A stretch of DNA of 64,000 nucleotides from Octopus sinensis (taxonomy: Eukaryota). Made by a program: the position numbers and the translations under genes. Below, in pieces: positions 38,280 to 51,130 of the stretch. The notes beneath the pieces are model-generated. The model made no database searches. It saw only the letters and a list, made by a program, of their open reading frames with translations, and had not been told where the DNA came from. The DNA lies in contig NC_042998.1 of the NCBI RefSeq assembly GCF_006345805.1, forward strand, positions 142,786,001 to 142,850,000, written 5' to 3'. The number at the start of each line of letters is the position of its first letter. The first letter of the stretch is position 1.

Positions 38280-39005
38280 TAATAACAGGAATTTCTTGCC
38301 TATATCAGTTTTAGCATTTAAAGAGAAAGATGGGATGAACCATATTTCCTTTGAAGAGGTTAGAATTGATATCTTATTATTGATATTGGCTATCGGGTTT
38401 TTAAACACTTTAGGTGGAGGATGACTGGACTGTTTATGTATACACGTGAGGTTCTCATTCGGCTCATGATAAGGTTTATAAGAACTTGAGTTCAAGTATA
38501 GATAAGCATCTAGAAAATCAGCTTAGAATAAATTAGTAGATGCAGTAATTTTGAGGCCTAACTGACTAAAGGAACATATGAGGTTTTTCCTAAATTTATC
38601 GAGTGTGTGTCCATCACAGTCGTGAGATATGGCCAAGCTATCGTCGAGTATAAGTCAATGTCGTGGGTTAGGAACTTAGATCTCAGAGAATCTAATAAAT
38701 AGAGACCTACAAGATCACAGATATCTGCACTGTTATAACCATCGATACATCAAACAATTCATCCGTATTCACGCAGAACCCTTTCATATGCATGATTAAT
38801 TCCACGTCTATATGGTCAATATTGACATATCTTTTTGTGAACTCAGTCGCCTTGTCCAGCAGCAATACCGAGGGATAAAAAACTACAATATCAAACTTTG
38901 TAAATCTAGCTCTAATGTTATCCCTTAAATTCCTAAACCAATCTATGACAGTGTAACTATTTGCCCATTGTCTCTCCAGAACTGATATTAATATCTCTTA
39001 GTAAT
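38280..39005 (-). mobile_element. Degenerate PLE reverse transcriptase of a second clade (Hydra-like)
   Basis: KFDIVVFYPSV (38866-38898), SADICDLVGLYLL (38693-38731), YKPYHEPNENLTCIHKQSSHPP, IWFIPSFSLNAKTDIGKKFL. Confidence 0.85.
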
Positions 39006-39026
39006 TTTTAGCTACCAAACCTAATT

Positions 39027-39290
39027 TCACAACCATCGGAGCACGAAGTGCTCCTCACGAACACAGGTTCGTAAGATGGTTGTGATCTGTAAACAGTTTT
39101 GAGTTGGAACAGGGAAGAGAAGTATGAACTTGCAATATATATGTGCACACTGAATCCGTAAAACGAAAGAGGAAAATAAAAACGCAATGCACATGTCAAA
39201 ATAAAACGTAAGAGAAGAATAAAATGGTCTGCATGACACGTCTGACACCACTATCATGCAGCTTTGCTGCAATTTTCTTGTTCACTTCTC
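39027..39290. repeat. Interspersed repeat starting with a three-way-junction palindrome; second copy 62100-62345
   Basis: TCACAACCATC/GATGGTTGTGA stem enclosing two hairpins; about 200 further homologous nt ending GCAGCTTTGCTGCAATTTTCTTG. Confidence 0.85.
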
Positions 39291-39641
39291 GATGATTTTA
39301 AAAGTTTACGAGTGGGTTTACAACTGAAATTAGGTTTGTGATGTTTTAGTCTAATAATAGCGTCTTCGCTCTTTTTTCACAGCCCAGCATCTTCGTTTTC
39401 TCATGTTTTTTCACAGATCAGAGTCCTGGTTTTTGAATACATCTAACGAGATGCACTAAGACTGAAAGACTCCTTGGAGATAAAGGAATGTTATATAAAT
39501 CTGCCAAATTATTGTATCTCTATAACATAAAACGAGTAGCTCTTTTATAAACTGTATATATTAAATCATATATATATACATGTGTGTGTGTATATACACA
39601 CATACATAATATATATATTTGTGTGTAAGCATATATATGAG

Positions 39642-39752
<111 letters not shown>

Positions 39753-39929
39753 GTTTATATATTTGTTTTGCCAGATTCTTGATGTGAAATTGTGTGTTGA
39801 AACAGATGTTGTTGTATTTAGGAATGGTCATTTTGCCAGTTTAGCCAATAAAAACACACGCACTATATATTTGGTGTTAATTTGCTTCAGCGTTATTTAT
39901 TTTTTACATTAACCTTAATCTTATTTCGG

Positions 39930-39966
39930 CCAGAGTTCTTTCGTCACACTTCTATGACATCATCAT
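39930..39966 (-). ncRNA. Minimal hammerhead, family C
   Basis: ATGATGA-T-GTCAT AGAAGT GTGAC-GAAA-GAAC-TC-TGG; C3 and stem I 5' strand lost. Confidence 0.6.
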
Positions 39967-40209
39967 AATAAGTAGGTGTAAACACTTGAGCAAAATAAAA
40001 ATAAACAAATTACACGAACGTGTATAGACAGGAGATACAAATATTACAGGCACTTCCCCCCACCCCACCCACACACACTAACTAAACGTAGACACACATA
40101 GAGGTATACGCATGCGCAAATGAAGACACATACAATAGGAATACAAAATACAAAATGGCTGACCGTTAGTAAGGAGAGACACACAAATAAGAAAGAAGAA
40201 AGCAAAGGA

Positions 40210-40246
40210 CCACTGTGAGGTCACAGAAGTGTGACGAAAGAACTCT
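40210..40246 (+). ncRNA. Minimal hammerhead, family C, inverted relative to 39930-39966
   Basis: CCA-CTG(-)TGA-G-GTCAC AGAAGT GTGAC-GAAA-GAAC-TC-T; one core deletion; sequence switches to a Helitron just after the CUC site. Confidence 0.6.
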
Positions 40247-40592
40247 TTTGGTGCATCTAAAGAGATAGTTGAACATGGATTTATGCCGACGTTCAAAGTT
40301 CAAGGGCAAGTCTATCACCTCATTGGTTCCCTGTTACCCATAAAAGTTCCTCCAAATTTACTTTATAAGTGATGTAGGACAACCGAGCCGAAGGAGGTGT
40401 TAGACGCAGCACTGACCGCCGCAAAGGAGAGTATATCCACTGACAGTTTTTCGGTACGCTCAAAAATCACATACCCGCACCCCCAATTTTCCATGACAGG
40501 TTAGGGCCTGAGATCTTCCAAACGAAGGCATAATATATATATTACCAAACTATGTCATTTTAATCCCGAGTAACGCCGGGTATCTCATCTAG
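40244..40592 (+). mobile_element. Internally deleted Helitron with Rep-region fragment and canonical 3' end
   Basis: SFGASKEIVEHGFMPTFKVQGQVYHLIGSLLP (40244-40339), a well-conserved Helitron RepHel N-terminal block; CCCG..CGGG hairpin 40565-40580 then CTAG|T at 40589-40593. Confidence 0.88.
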
Positions 40593-40606
40593 TGTATGTA
40601 TGTATG

Positions 40607-40683
<77 letters not shown>

Positions 40684-40685
<2 letters not shown>

Positions 40686-40982
40686 AGGCGCAATGACCCA
40701 GTGGTTAGGGCAGCGGACTCGCGGTCGTAGGATCGTGGTTTCGATTCCCAGACAGGGCGTTGTGAGTGTTTATTGAGCAAAAATACCTAAAAGCTCCACG
40801 AAGCTCCGGCAGGGGGTGGTGATCCCTGCTGTACTCTTTCACCACTCTTTCTCCCACTCTTTCTTCTGTTGGCCTGCTCGCTTAGCCAGCGGGGTGGCGT
40901 CATTCGAAGGCTAAAACAATGCGAACGCATTGTGACCAGCGATGTGTAACTACATCTGATGGACTGGGCGGTCACGTGATCA

Positions 40983-40986
<4 letters not shown>
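40684..40986 (+). mobile_element. SINE family S2
   Basis: Near-identical to 5747-6046; again between (GT)n and (TA)n. Confidence 0.9.
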
Positions 40987-41026
<40 letters not shown>

Positions 41027-41040
41027 TAAGGTAAAATAAA

Positions 41041-41302
41041 GACCCCTTCGGTCATGAATGACCATGGGATTGCACCTAGAAAGTTCCCCTCCGAGGCACA
41101 AGTCTGGGCTAGGTTGTTTGTCACCCATACATACCGGTCTCTTTTCTCCACGCCACCGATGTTATCCAAGGGAAATGCAAAGGCTGATACAGCCTGGCAC
41201 CACCGACGTCGCAACTCATTTCTGCAGATGAGTGAACTGGAGCAACGTGAAATAAGTGTCTTGCTCAAGAACACAACACAAGCCCGGTCTGGAAATCGAA
41301 CT
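41041..41302 (-). mobile_element. SINE family S3, head-truncated
   Basis: Reverse complement of 15830-16108. Confidence 0.85.
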
Positions 41303-41869
41303 TACTACCTCGTGGAGATGGAGGTGGTGATTAGATAATGAAAAGTGTTTTTTATATCATCTATCACTTAACGCATGCATATAAGTGCAATTCCGTGAAG
41401 TATTCATGCTTATGAACGTGGCAGATATATGCAGTTTAACTAATGGTTGTATCATATGTACGGGATATTTTTTTTATTTTGTTTATGGAGAAAATGGAAA
41501 AATAAGAGTGAATATTTATTTTATGAGTGCTGTGCATTAAGTCTATAAAATTATGCAAAAGTATATAAAGTGTTTATATAAAGTGCATTAAGTAATCATC
41601 GTATTCCAATTTCTTTTACTTTTCAATGAGTAGCAGATGAGCGACTATCTTTTCATAAAAAACATAACATTGGCAACACTTTCAGGTTTTTTAGATAGAT
41701 TTTTCAGAAATGACCCAATAGGTCTACCATTAATTCCATGAAATGTTCACGGGTCCCACTAGTTATAATTATTATATGTATGGGTATATTTCTTCATATT
41801 ACCTATGGTGGCAAAAAATATATTTCTAAAATTATCCATCAAGCGACGGGTAGCATTCTAACTATGTAT

Positions 41870-43560
41870 TTAAATCTAAGACTATAGGGTGAATCGAGTT
41901 TCAGTTGATTTCTCATTAGTTCGGCACAGATGTTTTCTCTTTTCGCCAATGTTTAAACATTATATTAAACATCCTCGTGGAGAGAAGAGCAAATGGATGT
42001 AAGAAGTTATCTCGTCCAGGACAGGAGAGTAGTGGGATTAGGGATTATGCAGTGGAATAGATTTGTCTAAATTTTCAGCTCGCGGAAAGGCGGCGAGTGG
42101 GGTGGTGGCTTTTGGTATCAACACAACCCTTCCTTTCTAACATCAGTTTCAATGGCTTTAGTGAACCCTTCAGAAAACCCATTTCTATCACTGGAAGACC
42201 AGAAACCATTCTAATAAAGATAGAATAGGTAATGATCAGATAGCATGCGGTTATGAGCAAATAGTGTCTGCGAGTGAATTATTGTTAGTCAACCTATCGA
42301 ATAACCATCTTCTGGATTCGTCTAGTCTAGAAGCAATTCTCAATTAGATGTAATGTTCCATTTTAAGTTTTATTTGAGCTTTGTAGAAGGTTAGCAACTG
42401 ATCAGGACTGAAGGACTTCCTAGTTCTAAAGTGGAATGCTAGTTTTGTGATGTGCTTTCGGCGAAATTGGATAGATGAGACGCCATAAGTGACTCTAAAG
42501 ACCTATGCTGTTCACAACTTAAAGAATGAAACACCAGATTGTCTTTGACAAGGACAGGTATTGACCTGTTAAAAGTGACCAGATTGTCATGTCCCCATAG
42601 AAGGAATGCTATCAAAGTCTCTGTTCAGAAATTTAGTGTGTATATGATATAAAGATTTTCAGGTTGAGTGAGGTGATATGACCTAAGGTTAAAGAGAAGT
42701 GAAAGGTGAAATTATCTGTAAATAAGTTAATGTTAAATGGGACAGCAATTAAGCTATTAATGTACTAGATGAAAAGTGAATGGGAGACAATAACAGAGAA
42801 TGCTTTTTTTAGCAGCAGTGTTGGGCGATTTGAGCCATCCGACATAAAGTTCCCAACCCAAGAAAGGGAAGAAGGATCCAACCCTTGAATGGGAAACCCA
42901 ACTGGGAAGTTTTTCTTGCCGGACACGGCCGAATATTTTGTTGATCTTAAGTGCATTAATATCACTGTCGCCAGTGTTTTCAATACCGCGAGATTACGAA
43001 AATGACGCATAAATCTCCGCTAGATGTTGTACTAAGGAAGACATACTCGTGCTTATTAAGGAGAAGAGCGAGAGTTTTGAGGAACAGCTGTTCCCACTGA
43101 TTTTAAGTTGCTGGAAGTAAAAGTGATACGTCAGTAGTTAATAGGGTTACAGAAGCTGATGTAACAGTTCTCCGGAACTGATAATCTTATTGAGCGGAAG
43201 CGACGGAGTAGTCTAAATACATGGAGACACGTTGTAGATGGAAGCGAATTGTGAATATCCAGGATTTTTCTGTGCTTGTGCAGAGACATCTTGGCTGAGA
43301 AGTAGTAGGCAAAGAATTCCGCCAAAGCTGGAGAGGAACGAAGGCTTTGCTGATATTTGGTTGGAGTCGATGTTTTCAATACTGCCAAGCACGAGATCAT
43401 CGTTTGCCTTTCTGATGGTAGTCATGTAGGGCTTGCAAAGATAGATAAAAGCCTCCCAGTTAGAAATATTAGGTTACTTTTTGCAGGTGCTGCACCCTAT
43501 ATTCACCCTATATTACAACTCGATATAAGGTGTGTATTTCTTTAGAGACTAGACTTACGG
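41870..43560 (-). mobile_element. Heavily decayed CR1/L2-group LINE fragments
   Basis: Broken frames with GAAPA and EFFAYYFS segments (43100-43560) resembling the post-RT region of 20760-21240; same GA-rich plus-strand composition. Confidence 0.55.
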
Positions 43561-44390
43561 CCAATTTTTGTACCGTTTACTGTGAAAAAACATAATTGAA
43601 CTTGTATCTAACTGGTTCGCATTTGATCGATCTCAATAGCTATTTGGATTGTTACTAAGATTAAACAATGCATACTGGTACAAAGTTAACTAAAATAATA
43701 AACAAAACAAAAGTACATCTGAAAATTAGTTAAATTACTGAACTAGTTCCTCAACTATTTATGACATTAAAATATTTTTTTTCAGAACCAGGATTACACT
43801 GTAAGCTACACAAAACACCAAAGTTCCCCACGTTGGTTGACCAACGTAATATTGGTTGTTGAATTTGCAACAGTCAAAACCGTTACTCAAGAATTTCAAA
43901 CCAAGAACAGATGAAACTAAAACAATATCAAGAATTTATTAAAATCTGTCAACTTGGCAGAGTCGTTAGAGCGTCGCCTTGTCCAAACTCTCTACATCTG
44001 AGCTCAAGTCCCACCGAAATTAACTTTGCCTTTCAGCCTGTTGGTGATCAATAAAAGCAATAGTACCAGTCCAGGGCAACGGATTGGCAGAAATGTGACA
44101 GCGTGGAATGGAATGCTGTGCGGTATCTGACGAAGACCTCTGTATTCTGGCAACTATGCTTGCAACAATACTGGTGTCAAGATGTAGTTAAGAAGGAACG
44201 CAACATCTCCACGCCAACTTGAGACTAAAGGAGAAAATATAAATATAAATTGGCCCATGTCACTCCTTCCATAAAGGGTTTCTGGACGTGTAACATTTGA
44301 TCTGTAGGAAAAAAAAAACGTAATTAATCAACAGAATGAGGTAATGTCTCATTGCAGACACAAGATTAAATTCATTATTAAAATGGCCTA

Positions 44391-44603
44391 GGGCGGCGAG
44401 TTGGCTGAAACGTTAGCACGCTGGGCGAAACGCTTAGCGGTATTTTGTCTGTCTTTATGTTCTGAGTTCAAATTCCACCGAGGTCGACTTTGCCGTTCAC
44501 CCTTTTGGGGTCGATAAATTAAGTACCAGTTGCGTACTGGGGTCGATCTAATCGACAAACTCCCTCCCCAAAAATGTCGGGCCTTCTACTTAGAGTAGAA
44601 AAG
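44391..44603 (+). mobile_element. Complete S1 SINE with 17-bp target-site duplication
   Basis: ATTATTAAAATGGCCTA at 44374-44390 and 44604-44620 defines the ends. Confidence 0.93.
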
Positions 44604-45169
44604 ATTATTAAAATGGCCTAAATTTACTAACATCTGAAGCCGTAATAACAGTGACGATACAGCGGCAATTGGTGGAATCAGAGAGCGGAAGTCACGTTAA
44701 GTCTATAATTTAACCAAAGAACAAGAGCGTAAATTACGACAACAAAAGTAGGACAATATTCGAACAGAATATTTAGTGATACTACGAAGAAATAAGATAC
44801 GGCACTGAATTGAAAAAGAACATCACAATAATAATCTTTTAGTTACTGTCGAGAGAACAATTAAGTAGTCACTGGCTGGTCCCAGGAGAAATAATCTGTA
44901 GAAACTGGATACAATATCGAAAGCAAATAATGTAATAAAGTTAACACCCTCCTATCAACAGGATATTATTTAACGATTATCCAATGAAAGCAATAGCCAC
45001 AGTAAACAATGTGTCCACTTGAATGTGTGTGTGTGTGTGTGTGGTGTGTGTGTGTGTGTTGTGTGTGTGTGTGTGCGTGTGTGTGTGTGTGTGTGTGTGA
45101 GGGCACATGGCCTTGTGGGTAGGGTATTGCACTCACGATTGCGAGATCGTGTGTTTGATCCGTGGATAT

Positions 45170-46700
45170 AAATACACATCCATATACATATTAAGTGGTT
45201 TTAGCAATCAAATTTATAATATACCCGATACTAAACTTAAGACAAAACTATCAAACAACACTAATTCTAGTTCTAAATTAACTAATACAGATACTTCACT
45301 GGAAAATATAAGTAAAATTAAGCCTTTAGGTAATTATATTAAATCTAATAAAATAGGTCCCAACAATAAACACAAATACTCTACTCAAGAACAACATAAT
45401 ATATCTAAACTATCTAAATCTAGGAGTCGCTGAGTAAAACCTATCTAAACTATTCTTCAAAATCCTAAGACATAATTTCCCAAAATATTACAAATATTAT
45501 CCAGTTTGCAATAAATCTTCAATAAAATTTTCTTATTCCACAATGCCACATTTAGTATCAATTATAGCATCCATAAATAAGAACAAAATTCAATATCAAG
45601 CATTCAAATCTTCTAACACAGATAAGAAACCAAATATAAATAATATAAATTTATCCGGAACGCCTAATATACACAATTCAACATCAAATAGAAATAACTC
45701 CCATTCATCGGTAGCCTTGAATAAAGAGAATCCACTCCCACCCTCACCCAAAATAAAGATAATAGCAACCATAAATTAAGGAAAATATGTAGTTGTAGGA
45801 AAATAGATTCGTGTCCACTTGAAGGATCCTGCCTCCGCAAAAATATAGTATATAAATGTACAGCAGCATCAGTTAAGTACCAGGCTAGAACATATATAGG
45901 TAGCACTGTAGATTTCAAAAATAGATATAGAGCACATTTAAATTCATTTACTAATATCAAATATAAAAATTCTACTACTCTAGCCTTCTATATACATAAT
46001 TTAAGGAACAATAACATTGATTATAAAATTTCTTAATCTATAATAGCAAATGACCTCCCCTATAATGCTATATTGAGCAAATGTAATTTATGCATTAGAG
46101 AATCGTACATTATCCTTAGATCATACAATTCGGGCACTTTAAATAAATTATCTGATACCATTCATTCATGTACTCATAAATTTCACTCATCCTTCATGAA
46201 GCTCCATAAGGCGCGATACAGAGAATGAAGTATTGAGCAGCCCTGTTTCTTCCTCTATTAGTAATGAATTATTACCCAATTTTTAAAATTCATTTTTCCC
46301 GCCATGCCTAACATCCCCACCAAAACAAAATTTGATCTCCCGTCATCCTACACTAAAAATTTCTTAACATATATAACCGTGAATCATTGTAAAAGTGGTC
46401 GGTACCTGATGCAGTAGCTGATGGCCGACATAATGTAACCTTAAATTTTCCTTTCTCTTATGTTTCTTCAAACCTTGCTATCTATTTCCTTATTTCCTGA
46501 TGAAGGGGACATTCTTACTGTGAAATTAAAAGATTCATACCTTGTAGACAAATGGACTTCAGAAACGGCTGTCGAAATACATCTTATATGGTACTATAAC
46601 CCTCTATGAGCATTTCTTTAGAACTCTTCAAACAAATTAATCCTTATTATTTCTTTGACTTTTAAATCCATCATTAAGATCTCTCACTGCCGTCGATGTA
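45170..46700 (+). mobile_element. 5'-truncated Hydra-like PLE (linker, GIY-YIG, HHR-bearing end)
   Basis: NKSSIKFSYSTMPHLVSIIASINK linker; 45788-46228 CSCRKIDSCPLEGSCLRKNIVYKC...TYIGSTVDFKNRYRAHLNSF...KCNLCIRE with one internal stop; CxCx5C motif. Clade name is from recall of published motif descriptions. Confidence 0.85.
46491..46579 (+). ncRNA. Type I hammerhead at the 3' end of the Hydra-like PLE
   Basis: TATTTC-CTGATGA-...-GAAA-CGGCTG-TC-GAAATA: 6-bp stem I, intact core, GUC site; stem II long and irregular. Confidence 0.8.
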
Positions 46701-47637
46701 TCTTATAATTTTTAATTCTTAAATATATCCCTCGGGGTGTAATTCCTTGCTAATTACAAAGTCGAGCTCGGCAGAATTTGCATTCAAAACATAAAGACAG
46801 ACGAAATGCCGCTAAGCATTTTGTCCGGCGTGCTAACGATTCTGCCGGCTCGCTGCCTTCAATTTTTTTACTAATATTAATGAGCGAGATGTATGCAGAT
46901 ATGTCTCCAGAGTCTTGAAGTTTGATCGTCCTATATACGGCCACCAGGCTCAACGAACCAACTTTACTGTTGCACATGTTTAGGAGCCATAGCTGTCGTC
47001 CGGATCTTGAAAGATCGTCCGCACTTTGAAATCTAAACCTTTCCTAAATAACCTTATTACCCCCACACGATTTGGTCAACCGAATGAGGCATACACCTTA
47101 TTGTCAGCCAGAAGCGCCAACAACTGTGTGTCTGGAACCCTAGACTCATTGTTAATTACTAATTTCAAATTAAGTAATTTGCAATTGTTGAGTAGGTACC
47201 CTTGTTTCAAGATGGCGAATCCTACCATTGCTGCAGTCCAAAGTAAAGACGAAAAAAAAAAAGAAAAGAAAAATGAAACGTTAAGCTAGTTGTACTTATT
47301 TGTGCAGAATATTTTCTTTTGGTATCCAAAACGAGTCGTATTGTGTCGCAAATTTAATTCAATGACGAAATCTGACATATAGTTTTTCTTGTTTTTCTTG
47401 TTATTTTTTTCTGTAGGCAGTAGATACATCCTTCGCGGATTCGTGGAGGAATACTTTTATTTACAACCAGACAAGGGCAAGACGTGTATTCTTTAGTTTC
47501 TTTTCTTAACTGTGAGCAGAATGTCCCCACGTAGTTGCTTGTACTACACGTGCGACATCTGAGCTTCCTACCCTCTACCATATCGTGTAGTTAGATCCAG
47601 TCGCTCCCTATGACCACCAGCGTTAGCAAAATGTGCT

Positions 47638-47693
<56 letters not shown>

Positions 47694-48379
47694 GCTGCTG
47701 CTGCTACTGCTGCTAGTGCTGCTGCTGGTGCTGCTGCTGGTGCTGCTGCTGGTGCTGCTGCTGGTGCTGTTTCGTTGCTGTTTGTACTGTTTTATTTCAA
47801 TTTGACATTTTCAACAATATTTTTAGTATTTTTAAGGTATAGCTGTTCGTGTTAGCATTTATGATTCTGTCTGTTCAATTGTCATAGAGGCTGTTTTGTT
47901 TTAGAAAAAACTTGGTTTGAAGTTGTGACATTTCTTTTCTTTTTTTTCTTTTTTCAGTAAATCCAGGCTAATAACATTGTAAGAAAAGTCTACATCTGCA
48001 CCCTGATGGCGTCATGTTAAACATGGAAGGAAAATGCAAATAACTCTTTACCAACAAACGAATAGTTAAAGGAAGCAACATCAAAGACAAGCATTTTGTC
48101 CTATTCTAGAATGGAATACAGATTAAATAGATTGAATAGCCTTTCGTCGTTTAAATACACCAAGTCAAAACTGAAAGTGTACTCGTAGTTGTTAAAAGAG
48201 GGAGAGTGGGGAGAGAGAAAAATAGAGAAAGAGAGTATGACAAAGAGAAAGAGCAACAGAGAAAGACGGAGACAGAGACAGAGACAGACAGACAAACAGA
48301 GACATAGAAGGAGAAAGTAAGAGGGAGAAATAGAGGGAAAAACAGAGAACGAGAGACACAGAGAAATAGGGAGATATTC

Positions 48380-49330
48380 AAGGTGTCACAAGACGTCATT
48401 GTAAAACAGAGAGCATTTAAGAAACAAGATAAAGACGAAAAAGTAAACAATTGGAAAATGAAATCACTGCATGGGCAACACCTTAGAGAAATCGAAGGAA
48501 AAGACAAGATCAACACTTGGAGATGGTTAAGAAAAAGTGATCTGAAAGGATGAACTGAGGCATTGATATGTAGCGCCCAGAAACAAGCTCTGAGAACTAA
48601 TTCCAGCAAGTTCCAAATAGATAAGAGCAGCGAATCGCCCCTTTGTAGGATGTGTGGCAGCAAAATCGAAACGATCTCACACATTGTGAGTGAGTGTAGC
48701 AAACTAACCCAAAAGCACTACAAAAGGAGGCACGATAACATTGCTAAGTTCGTCCACTGGAGGCTATGTGGAAAGTACGGCCTGGACAGAGCACGGAAAT
48801 GGTACGAACATGAAATAGGAGTCACCGAGAACAAGGAATATAAGATACTGTGGGATTTTACAATCCAATGTGACTCTTATCAATGCTCGGAGACCAAATA
48901 TTGTTGTGGTCAATAAAGGAAAATAGAAAACCTAGACTATAGATATTGTAATACCTGGGGATGTATGCATAAGTAACAAAGAACTAGAAAAGATTGAAAA
49001 GTACAGACTACTAAGAGACGAAATTGCAAGAATGTGGACTATGAGGAGAGTGCCTGTCATTCAGTTAATTGTAGGGACAGACGGAGCACTGACAACCAAG
49101 TTCAAGAAATATGCCAGAGAAATCGGAATTGACATGAGAGCAGAGCAAGCCTCCTAAACTGCTCTGCTGGGGACAACAAGGATTTTGAGATTGGTACTTG
49201 GATGGTGAATATCTCCTACGATAATAACAACCAAGTATCAAAGCTTATGACCCAGTGAGACCTCTGACAGCAGGCTGCTGTCTGTTCTCTCAGAATCTAC
49301 CAGTGCAAAGAAGACTGAGCGCTCTTAGAA
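48380..49330 (+). mobile_element. R4/Dong-like LINE 3' portion
   Basis: LICSAQKQALRTN...SPLCRMCGSKIETISHIVSECSKL...RRHDNIAKFVHWRLCGKYGL...KILWDFTIQCD; followed by (CAA/TAA/CTA)n. Confidence 0.92.
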
Positions 49331-49422
49331 GTAAAACAACAATAACACCAACACCATACTAATACCACCACCACCAACAACAACAACAATAATAGTAATA
49401 ATAATAACAATAAAAGCAATAT

Positions 49423-49460
<38 letters not shown>

Positions 49461-49532
49461 TACTACTACTACTACTACTACTAATAATAATAATATAATA
49501 ATAATAATATAATAATAATAATAATAATAATA

Positions 49533-50052
49533 GCCCTGATGCAATACCAGGCAGTGGCTCTCATGGCTTTTGATCTTAACTGATTGGAGGTGTTCTTCAT
49601 GTACATTGTTTTGTCTTGGTATAAAAGATGGGCTACAGCAAATATTGTGCGCAGTACTACAAGTTTGCTTGTCAGTTGCTTGACCTTAACCAGTCGAACA
49701 TGTCCCTTAATAGCTGATATTTGCATCTCTGATCGCGAACAGAAGCAGTGGGGAGCATCATAGGCATATGTTGAGAAGAATTCTGGGGGCTTTGAATAAT
49801 TAATCTCTGGAAACATGGGTGTTTTGCTCATCATTCTTAAACAAACCTTATTCAGGGACCTTTTGAGCAGGATGGACTACTCAACCTGAAGAAAATTCTA
49901 ACTGGGCCCCACTTGCAAGGTCATGCGCTGTTAATCTTGATATAAGATCACCATGTCGCGCACTTATCAGACTGGTAGTCATGATGGGTATATTAGTCTT
50001 CGTATATTTATACCCCAGTGTCACTTGCATTGCATGCACTGCTCTCTCACTC

Positions 50053-50104
<52 letters not shown>

Positions 50105-50526
50105 TTCCCTGATGCAGTACAGAGAGTGGCTCTCATGGCTTTTGATTTTAACTAATTGGAAGTGTTATCATGTACATTGTTTTATCTTAGTATAAAAGTT
50201 GGGCGACGGTAAATATTCTGCTCAATACCACAAATTTACTTATCAGTTGTTTGACCTTAACCAGTTGAACATATCCCCCAGTGGCTGATAATATGTGCAT
50301 CTCTAATCACGAACAGAAGTATTAGGTCAGCATCATAGCTATGTGTTGAGAGGGATTCTTTGGTGTTTGGACAATTCACCTTTGGAAACATGGGTGTTTT
50401 GTCCATCATCGTTAAAACAAACTTTTGAGTGGGATGGGCTACTCGACATGACGAAAATTCTAACTGGGCCCCCATCTGCAAGGTCATGCACTGTTTATCT
50501 TGATATGAGATCACCATGTCGTGCAC
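49533..50526. repeat. Two diverged tandem copies of a roughly 430-bp non-coding repeat (49533-49963, 50107-50526), each preceded by (TAA)n
   Basis: Shared CCCTGATGCA.TAC...GTGGCTCTCATGGCTTTTGAT...AACTGGGCCCC...GCAAGGTCATGC...GATCACCATGTCG. Confidence 0.88.
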
Positions 50527-50619
50527 GTATGGTTGTGATGCGCGGCTGAACGTGTTTTTCGCTGCTCTGACCTGTCAGCAGCTGAAAACACAGAAACGCT
50601 AATACAACACAGCAGGACA

Positions 50620-51130
50620 ACTGAAAAATAACTCTCAAAGATTTGAATATCTACAATATCCTGTGAGTATTTTGAATTTCCCTCAAAATAAGTTAAGAAA
50701 CTTGCATACCTACAGTTCTCGAACACATAAACGATCAACTTTAAAACCTTTATAATCTACAACTTCTGTGAATACCTATCCTTTCCTTTCTCCCTAAGTA
50801 TTCGAAAATGTAAACATCCTCTTTATTCCAAGAACACTACAGTATTCTCTCTTCGGACAAACAAAAGCTCATCTCCAGTAACTTTTAAAACCTTAAATCT
50901 ACAATTCTCTGTAAGAATTTTACTATTCTTTTCTTTCCGTTCCTCTCTCCGTAAGTATTCGAAAATGTAAACATCCTTTTTATTGCAAAAACGCAACAGT
51001 CTTCTCTGAACGGACATACAAACGAACACCTCTCAAAATAATTTAGAAACTTTAATATCTCCAATTTTGTGTGAACATCTTATCTTTCCTTTTTCCCTGA
51101 CTACCCGAATATGTAAACATGCCTTTTATT
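50620..51130. repeat. Diverged tandem repeat of about 150-bp period
   Basis: TAAGTATTCGAAAATGTAAACATCCT at 50795 and 50952, degenerate copy at 51098 (periods 157 and 146). Confidence 0.75.
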
